The position numbers were made by a program, and so were the translations under genes. A stretch of 64,000 nucleotides of DNA, taken from assembly GCA_964016885.1 (NCBI GenBank), contig OZ024740.1, positions 320,478,001 to 320,542,000 on the forward strand, in the 5' to 3' direction. Source of the stretch: Eledone cirrhosa. Taxonomy: Eukaryota. Under the pieces are notes generated by a model. It saw only the letters and a list, made by a program, of their open reading frames with translations. It made no database searches and had not been told where the DNA came from. Below, piece by piece: positions 55,601 through 64,000 of the stretch; position 1 is the stretch's first letter; each line of letters opens with the position of its first letter.

Positions 55601-58600
55601 CTGATAGGTTTTTCCTTCAACCAATAATAGTGGAGACCTATGGTGTTTTTGGTTCCCAAATCACCTCCCTACTTACTGCTACCAGGGTAGAGTTGACCAC
55701 CCACTATATGAACCCCATGAGTTGGAATGACTATTTTAACACATCTTCCACACTATCCTCTGGGGAAATGCTTTCTCCATTCTGTCTGCTTGAACTATGA
55801 AGCAACTTGTACCTGAGGTTCTGCATGCCAGAGAGCATTCTCCTACGTTGCCAAGTATGTATCACTGAGATAACAATGGTATAACTATGCTTACACACAT
55901 ATTCAACTAGATAAGTAGGCCTAAGACATTAACTTGACAATACTTGTATATTTATACAATGGCACTTCCAATGTGCTGGCTGCAGACAACATATCTCTGA
56001 GGAAATATATATGAAGGTGGGAGGAGGAAATCCTCAAGGAGCATTTTGACAGTTATAAGAGACACCAAAGCTATTGTGAGATGATCTGAGCTATGAATTA
56101 CCCACCAAAGTTAAACAAAATAAACTATAATTTTATAAATATAATGAAAATTTATAATCAGTTTTCTTCATCAAACTAACACTAAATATGTTTATGTGAT
56201 AGTAGAGGAAGAATGGCTGAGTGGTTAACTCTTACCATCCTGTAATGATTCAGCAGAAAATGTATAAAACTGGTTTATTTATGCAAAAATTTATTGGATC
56301 TTTATTAATAGACAGATCATTATGAAAATTTGCAATTTTTATGTTTAGTGGGTTTATATGTCCAGTTATATGTCCAGACTATATTATTTAGTCAAAATGT
56401 TATGGTGAAGCTTCTATTTCTATTTTAATGACTTTAATTTTTAATGTGATGCAGTCATATTGCTAATTTGAACTTTTCAAGAATGTCTTGTTAATGCAGT
56501 GTCATGTGGTACAGGACATTAAGAGTTAAAATGGCAGATTATTGACTAGAGTGCAATGAGTTCCAGCTTTGAAATAGATATTAATCTGTTTCTAAACAAA
56601 GTTCCTCACACAAATGATGAATGGCTAGTAATGATATATTGACGTGAACGGCAAAGCATAAACGAACTAAGGAAAAAATTAGAAATAAGAGGGATCAGAT
56701 GTTGTTTACTCGAGAGAAGGCTACGTTGGTATGGACACGTGATGCGCATGAAAGTCGATAGCTGTATAACAAAGTGCAGGGCAATAAAGATAGACGGTAG
56801 CCACGGAATAGGCAGACCTAGAAAAACCTGGGACGAGCTGATAAACTCTGACCTCACACACTTACACCTCTCCAAGACAATGTCACTGGACCGAGACCTT
56901 TGGCGGTACTCAGTAACAGAGAAGACCCGCCTTACCTAAATACATAGTAAAACCTACTACAACCAGTAGGCATCTCTAACAAAATCCCCCCCCCCCCCGT
57001 CCCACCACCCCCACCCCATCCACGCCATCCCGTTCTATGTAAAGTTGTGTTGGTGCCACACCATCCAGGCCGAAACAAATGAGATCGTGTAGGTGTCACG
57101 ACAAAAAAACACACAGTCCACGCTGTAATGTGGCCGTGTAGGCAACACGGTAAAAACCTCCCAGACCCACACTGTAAATGTGGTTGGTGTTAGGAAGGGC
57201 ATCCAACTGTAGAAAACCTGCCAGACAGTCCTATGCGAGCAAGACAATCACTCTTGCCTCAAGTGGGACTACCCCCGTCCAAACCCATGCAAGCGTGGAA
57301 CACGGACGTTAAACGTTGATGATGATGATGATGATGATGACAGAAAGTTGAGTCAATGACCTGATTATATTTCTTAGCTGTCATATTACAATATTAATGG
57401 CTGAATATTACACAACCTCATTTCCCTTCCCGTATTAACTTGACACTGTGTGTCTATGTAAGAAAGAAATTTTATAAAAACTGGTCAAATTTGATACTTG
57501 GTAACATATGAAACTTGTGTTGCTAGATTGTTAGATATCCTGAAAAAAAATATCAAACTGTGATCTACAATTACAAAAGTAAAGGACAAAAAACACTTAA
57601 TTTCATGCATCAGTGATTAGGGTAAGAATCTTTAAATGTTTTGTTTTGTTACAATAAATCATGCAGCTGCTATTTCTTTTTTCATTTTTGACTATTTTAC
57701 AATCTGTTTTGTTTTGTTTTGTTTTTTTAAATATTTTTTATAGTTTAGAGAAGTTAAGGTGGGGCCCATGACTCTCTGGCAGGAATCCTGTGACCAGTGG
57801 AAAAAAAATAAATCATGATTCATAGGCAAGCATCTGACTGGAAACTTAGTCAGAATGCTTCTGCTAAAGACACACAAGTTGTATTGTATAGTCATAGGTC
57901 AACCAATGGTCATGAGAGAACTTCCACTTCTGTCTAAGCAATTAAAGAAAAACAAAAAAACATTCCTACCACTCAACCATGAAGCAAACTCTATTGTCCA
58001 TCAAACAAACTGAAACAAGCAGGATTATATGCTTTGCTAAGACAACACAATTGATGTAATAAGGTTTGAACTCATAATCACAGGGTCAATAGTTCAACTC
58101 CTTAACTTCACACATTTTGTTTCAGTTGTGAATTCACTAAATATAAAGTTTTAAATATTTACAGTCCCTACCATATCATGTTGTTTTCTTCCTTGATTTT
58201 GTTGTGCCATTCGGGCCTTGTAAGCAAACAACAGTTGCTGGTTTTGTTTCTGGGCTACTGCCATTGGGCTCATGTCCTTTGGTCTGAAAGAGTATAATAA
58301 TATTTACTTGTCTTAAATTATACATAGTTTTAGAGTTATAACAGAAGGGAAATGAGTAGTTGTGATGTTTTCCCCTTTCCCAATGATATGAAAATGAGCA
58401 AAGTTATTTTGTATTTTTCACCCAATAGACTAAACATAGGTAAATGATCTGAAATATTGGAACTAAATGTTCTAGAAAGCAATGTATGTGAATTCTATGA
58501 ATTTGGGACCATATTATCAATTGTTGGTTCACCCCATCAAGAGACATTCCATGAGAGTATCTTGGTCAACCTATGAACTTTTCAGCCAATTCTCATAGTT

Positions 58601-61254
58601 TACCACTTCAATAAACAATGCTCTTTGCATATCCAAATAATCTTTTATTCTAAGGGTCAAAAAGGTGCACTATGTGTGCAGTGTGAAGTGGACTGTTTTA
58701 TGTTTTTTGTAGTTTATTACAGAGATATTGAGAGGTTGACCAGACAGCGTTGTGCTCAACCATGTGAAGGATGTTAGGATGTTCAGCTAATGATCTTAAT
58801 GTTGTTCAATTCCCAGTAATGCTTTATTTCATGTTGTTCCATTCCACTCAGCTGGCAAAAATGAGTTGTAAATTCAAAAGAACAGCCTTGTCACAGTCCC
58901 TGAGAACTACATTAAGAGTGTATATGTCTGTGGAATGCTCAGCCACTTGCATGTAAACTTCATGAGCAGGCTGTTCTATTATAGAAACAACTGGAACACT
59001 ATCAGAACTGATAGAGGAACAACAACCATGATCAATCTAATGTATTGTATGTACACTAATGCTGTTTCTGTTTGTTGTCTAAATGGGATATCTGTGAATG
59101 TCTTAAGTATGTTTCTCAGTCATTTTGCTTTCTTTACTATACCTTTTACACATGCTAGAAATGTTGTGAGGATGGTGCCAATAACTCATAGTAGTTTTGT
59201 CTTGTGTGTGTAATATATGTTTTTGTTGTTATTGTTTAACCCAAGGCCATTGTTGCTTGAACACATATATGATCAAAGACACCTAAGCCATAACACTTGT
59301 CCTTTTACGAGCAGCTTACATCCAGAACCACATTAACCAGTTTGTCTTTCAGTTTAACCAAGTTGATACCAAACCACCTAAAACTGAACTTGGTTTTATG
59401 ATACAAACCTGTTCATTTTAAAGTGTTTATATTTATCTAAAAACTTACCGTTATAATCTTATGTAAAAATTGTTAAGTTATGTTCCAACTATCAGTTTAA
59501 TATTAATAAAGTTTGTTATCTTACAAAATTCTTCGAAATTCTTGATTATTTTCCAAATGATTTGAAAATCATAGGCAGTGTCTTTCACTAGAAATCATCA
59601 TCATCATCAACGTTTAACGTCCGTGTTCCACGCTTGCATGGGTTTGGACGGGGGTAGTCCCACTTGAGGCAAGAGTGATTGTCTTGCTCGCATAGGACTG
59701 TCTGGCAGGTTTTCTACAGTTGGATGCCCTTCCTAACACCAACCACATTTACAGTGTGGGTCTGGGAGGTTTTTACCGTGTTGCCTACACGGCCACATTA
59801 CAGCGTGGATTGTGTGTTTTTTGTCGTGACACCTACACGATCTCATTTGTTTCGGCCTGGATGGTGTGGCACCAACACAACTTTACATAGAACGGGGTGG
59901 TGTGGATGGGGTGTGTGGGGGGGGGGGGTTATTTTGTTAGAGATGCCTACTGGCTGTAGTAGGTTTTACTATGTATTTAGGTAAGGCGGGTCTTCTCTGT
60001 TACTGAGTACCGCCAAAGGTCTCGGTCCAGTGACATTGTCTTGGAGAGGTGTAAGTGTGTGAGGTCGGAGTTTATCAGCTCGTCCCAGGTTTTTCTTGGT
60101 CTGCCTACTCCGTGGCTACCGTCTATCTTTATTGCCCTGCACTTTGTTATACAGCTATCGTCTTTCATGCGCATCACGTGTCCATACCAACGTAGCCTTC
60201 TCTCGAGTAAACAACATCTGATCCCTCTTATTTCTAATTTTTTCCTTAGTTCGTTTATGCTTTGCCATTCACGTATATTACTGTTACACATCCAGCGGAG
60301 CAAGGATGTGTAACAGTAATATACGTATGTGTAACAGTAATATACAGTAATATAATATGGTATGAAAGAGTTAACTGGTATATCATTTAACACCAGGTCA
60401 GTCTTGATCGAGTAGATATGTAGTCAAAGTTATTCCCACCATGATTATTCCACCTTTTTCTATAACAGAGACTAAATTTTTCTTTAAATAAAACAACAGG
60501 TTGCTATTTCTTGCTAGTTGAGCAACAGCATAGAGATTCTCTTCCAAAATAATGTTTAACTGTACAGGTGATCTATTAAGGTGATGGTGGTGGTGTGAGC
60601 ATGTATGAATTGATGTGTGTGCGAATGTATGTATGAGCTGATGTATGTGTGAGTGCATCTCTGAGCTGATGTATGTATGAGTGCATCTCTGAGCTGATGT
60701 ATGTATGAGTGCATCTCTGAGCTGATGTATGTGTGAGTGCATCTCTGAGCTGATGTATGTGTGAGTGCATCTCTGAGCTGATGTATGTGTGGGTGCACAT
60801 CTGAGCTATGTGTGAATGCATGTATGAGTTGATGTGTGTGTGAGTGCATCTCTGAGCTGATGTGTGTGTGAATATTTGAGCTGATGTGTGTAACTGATTG
60901 TAGAGCTAACTAAAGTGAAGTGATAAGGGTGATAATAAATGAAAGGAATGAAGATATTTTTAATCTTTAAGATGATAAAAAATGTTTTTGACTATACCCA
61001 TAAAGGTGATACTTAAAGCAGATGTATGATGTGAGAAAGATTTTGTATAAATTTTAGAAAAAATAATCAACTAATCAAAGTATATGATGAAAAATATCCA
61101 AGAGATGAAGAATAAGAAAGATGTGTAGGTCCTTACTTGGTATAAGTATTCACAGATGTATTATGTAGTGTAGATAATGGTGCTAAATTCTCATTGCTTA
61201 AACTGATCCTTGAACTCTTCAGATCTTTAGTTGGAAGGGCTTGTGTAGGAGACC
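34081..61254 (-). CDS. VPS9D1: VPS9 domain-containing protein 1-like (Rab5-family GEF), 5'-partial. Exons 61254-61137, 58283-58163, 50068-50006, 47322-47270, 46585-46498, 45100-45015, 44108-43269, 42280-42078, 41150-41054, 37581-37477, 34189-34081
   Basis: All introns are GT-AG and phases are consistent. The joined peptide includes [93 protein letters not shown], matching VPS9D1 as I recall it. The 61-kb exon is supported only by phase and splice sites. Confidence 0.88.
37477..37581 (-). CDS. VPS9D1: VPS9D1-like exon with the catalytic GADD motif
   Basis: [35 protein letters not shown]. Confidence 0.9.
37939..40792. repeat. 59-bp tandem satellite, ~48 units, intronic
   Basis: Unit ATAATAAACTAGTGTTATCTAGAACAATGTGATGATTGCCACATGAACTACTGCCTTCT. 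Confidence 0.97.
41555..42030 (+). mobile_element. RTE 3'UTR-derived repeat with amplified ~40-bp subunits. Relatives at 37100-37405, 45338-45560(-), 61905-62150(-), 35080-35540, 40795-41018, 54230-54560(-)
   Basis: GGTTGGTGTTAGGAAGGGCATCCAGC-type core and GTTAAAC(GAT)n tail shared with the RTE copies. Confidence 0.7.
43269..44108 (-). CDS. VPS9D1: VPS9D1-like large internal exon (840 bp)
   Basis: Lies within ORF 43265-44143; CAG acceptor and GTAAG donor. Confidence 0.9.
47424..47738 (+). mobile_element. Second tRNA-derived SINE family (related copies ~49130-49400 and 58750-59000)
   Basis: TGGCTTTGTGG A-box, GAGTTCAATTCC B-box, TGTGTCCTTGAGCAAGACACTT core. Confidence 0.7.
51341..52384 (-). 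mobile_element. 5'-truncated RTE-clade LINE
   Basis: VDTFRYLGD...[29 protein letters not shown]; (GAT)n tail. Confidence 0.88.
55480..55800 (+). mobile_element. Old CRE-like fragment
   Basis: WDVTC...[15 protein letters not shown]. Confidence 0.55.
56641..57339 (+). mobile_element. 5'-truncated RTE LINE
   Basis: [16 protein letters not shown]; (GAT)n tail. Confidence 0.9.
59594..60303 (-). mobile_element. 5'-truncated RTE LINE, near-identical inverted partner of 56641-57339
   Basis: Reverse-complement match with few substitutions. Confidence 0.9.
60590..60890. repeat. 28-bp minisatellite (GAGCTGATGTATGTGTGAGTGCATCTCT)
   Basis: Tandem units. Confidence 0.9.
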
Positions 61255-63655
61255 CTTCAAGAAAATAAAACAACATCAATGTTAAACTCATCAAAAGATG
61301 GCAGAGTGGTTAACATAAAAGGAATATTAAATGAAGAGTTTATGAGTTCAAAGTTAGCCGTGTTTTGTTGCAGTTTTAATGTCATTATTATTATTATTAT
61401 CGTTATCATCACCACCATTTTACATCACCATGTCCATGCTTGCATGGATTAGATGGGTCCTTTCCAGCACGATTGTTAAATATATATGATATGTGGTTCT
61501 ATCCTGTTCAAATCATTCAACTAAAAATAGTTACCAAGCCTGCTTCATATATGAATGGATTAGGGTTAAAAAAAAAAAAACTTACAAAATTATCTAACCT
61601 TTAGTAGAATGTCAAAAGAAGAAATTTAAATATTCAAGTAGGAATACCTTTTCAATTAACCTAATGCAAATATTTCATTCCAAAAGACACGTTTCCAAAA
61701 ACAAAATAACAGCTAATAAAATCAAAGGTTAAGTTAGTCTGAATTGAACCATGAATGTGACCAATGGCATTAAGAGGAATTGTTCTAGAATTATGATGAT
61801 AATGATGAGGATAAGAATGCCATATGACAGACATCAGCAGTGAACAGTAATGTGGTCAAGAAATAAAAGATAGAAATTTGTCTGAAACAATTACTATATA
61901 TACATCATCACTGTTTAATGCCCGCTCTTTCACACTAGCAATTGTTAGATGAGTTGTCCAGTTGAGAGACAAGCCAAGTCAGATGATCATGTCTGACTCC
62001 TGCAGAACCGATCCTGACTTGATTTCTATGGCTGGATGCCCTTTCTGATACCAACCACATTTACAGTGTGTACTGGGTGCTTTTTGCCGTCACACCTACA
62101 CGACCACTTTACAGTGTGGGCTGGGTGTTTTTTGTCCTGACACCTACACGAATATAAGCCCATACAAATACAAGCCAATACAAATATAAGCCAACCCTAC
62201 TATTTTATGTTTGAAAAATGGGCAAAAATCCAAACTTTATTTATGTATAATTTGAACTTGGTGAAAATCATCAAAATATTGACCCCGAATATAAGCTGTA
62301 CGCAGTCCCGCGCTTCTTACTTTATTATAGTTTAGATTTATTGCTCAACTTCCCATACAAGCAAACATTGGGGTAGAATTCAATATCTGTCTGAGGACAA
62401 ATTCTATTCTAAGTTCAACAAATTATAAATTCTTCTTCTTTTTGAGTCATCCCTCCATCAAAGTTGAAACATTCATTTTGCTTTTTCTAATGGCTAGAAT
62501 ATATACAGCACCTCACCTGCATACTCAGATTTCTCTACTAACTGGAGTAGTTGTACCAACCCATTGTTAAATTAATAGTTGGCCATCTACAAAGCCACTG
62601 GTGTTCATGACAACGAGGTCATCTAATTAAACTGATGGATGCCACATGAGCTACTGCTTACTATGAGACAAACAGGATTTTTATCAAGGCTTTCTCCTCT
62701 AGATCCAACCTGTTCTGCAAGACTATCCTATGATAGCCATATCAGAGGCACCTTGTGAGGATGTGGCTTTTCACTAAGCAGGTATGGTTTTCAAACTGTG
62801 AAGGGCTAGGTGCTCAGCTTGAATGAGTATATATATTGTGCATCATTAGTTTGTCTAATTATAAATTAGTTAAAGAAAATGATTCCTTTTTCTAGATCCA
62901 AGGACAATTTATGTAAAAGTAGGTGATAGAATAAATGAACACCAGTGTATTACTGCTACAGATTTCATTGACTCCAGAGAAAAGTTGTGTGAAAACTGAA
63001 GTCAGACTAGACAATTTTTGAATTTGGATCATAAAAGGACTAACAATATGGGTGAGGTGGGAAAGTGCCATGGGAGAACACTCTGCATACTAGATTCACA
63101 TACGGTCGAGTCTCACATATGTAATACAGTGGGTTAAAAAACTTTGATTAACTTTTTTTTTTAAATGTTTAAACTCCCTCTAAAACTGTTTAAAATATAA
63201 AATCCTGCACTGGAGATAACTACAATACAATCAAATAATTGAAACTTTTAGAAAATAAAAATGTTGCAGTTGGGATTGGACTGTCTTTAAAGCCAACTAG
63301 TAAAGATAATGCACGTTTCAGTCTTATTAAACCTCTTTAGTTGGCAAGACTTAGAAGTGATCTGTATATATAGAAATAGAAGGAATGTAGTAACACAGAT
63401 TATGAATATCAACAATATGGCCATGAGAGAGTACTTCAGTGTTCTGCTTACTAAATAAACATTTAGGATAAGAACCATTAAACTAGGTTAGGTTGGTGCC
63501 ATTTATGTTGCTGTAAAATTGATTAATCCCCATCATTTTCGTCCACTTACCATGCATACATGGTAAATTATAGCAAAAATATAATATTGCAGGTATTACA
63601 CTATAGTGATAATTGCTGATTTAGTCATTTTTTCAAGAAAAGCCTTAACATTTAA

Positions 63656-63863
63656 CCCTTTAGCATTTACATTACTCTATATATACTTTTGTATTTTCAT
63701 GGTAAATACTTTATCCCACATAATATCGAATCAGCAGGAATTTGATATTATTTATTTTGAGAACAATACCTTAACATAATTATGAGCAGCTGGTTATGGT
63801 CAGTTTGAACAGAAAGAGGTGAAAGAATTCTGGCTGGATACAGCCAATTTAAATGCTAAAGGG
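63656..63863. mobile_element. piggyBac-like MITE
   Basis: TTAA flanks; 14-bp TIR CCCTTTAGCATTTA / TAAATGCTAAAGGG. Confidence 0.8.
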
Positions 63864-64000
63864 TTAAATACATACATAGTGTCTAATTTTCTAAGATTTG
63901 ACCTCACTGATGTTATTATAGCTGTTGTTTGACCCTTAAGATAGTGTTGACAGAGGAAAACCTATGATTAAAAGCATTCCAGTCCTGAGCTTTCGATCTT

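Noticed and set aside
60398-60849. His-rich ORFs
   Set aside because: Products of the 28-bp minisatellite inside an intron.

Overview
AT-rich, repeat-dense animal genomic DNA. The microsatellite and SINE/LINE content suggests a coleoid cephalopod (octopus-like), which is an inference. The left half (1-31 kb) is a nest of retroelements embedded in (TA)n/(CATA)n tracts: a near-intact Tx1/L1-clade LINE, CR1, RTE, R4/Dong-like, CRE-like and Ty3/gypsy remnants, and SINEs. The right half holds the 3' 11 exons of a minus-strand VPS9D1-like gene (34081-61254, 5' end outside the window) with a 2.85-kb intronic 59-bp satellite. The most striking unexplained structure is a set of at least six sequence-unrelated cassettes carrying minimal type-I hammerhead ribozyme motifs (CTGANGA...GAAA-palindrome-NUH). 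Most sit on fold-back inverted repeats abutting (TA)n, and several have unusually long helix-II inserts. One is a ~325-nt tandem/inverted retrozyme-like unit with three clean hammerheads, an octamer motif and a 9-bp target-site duplication. All calls were made by eye, without database searches.
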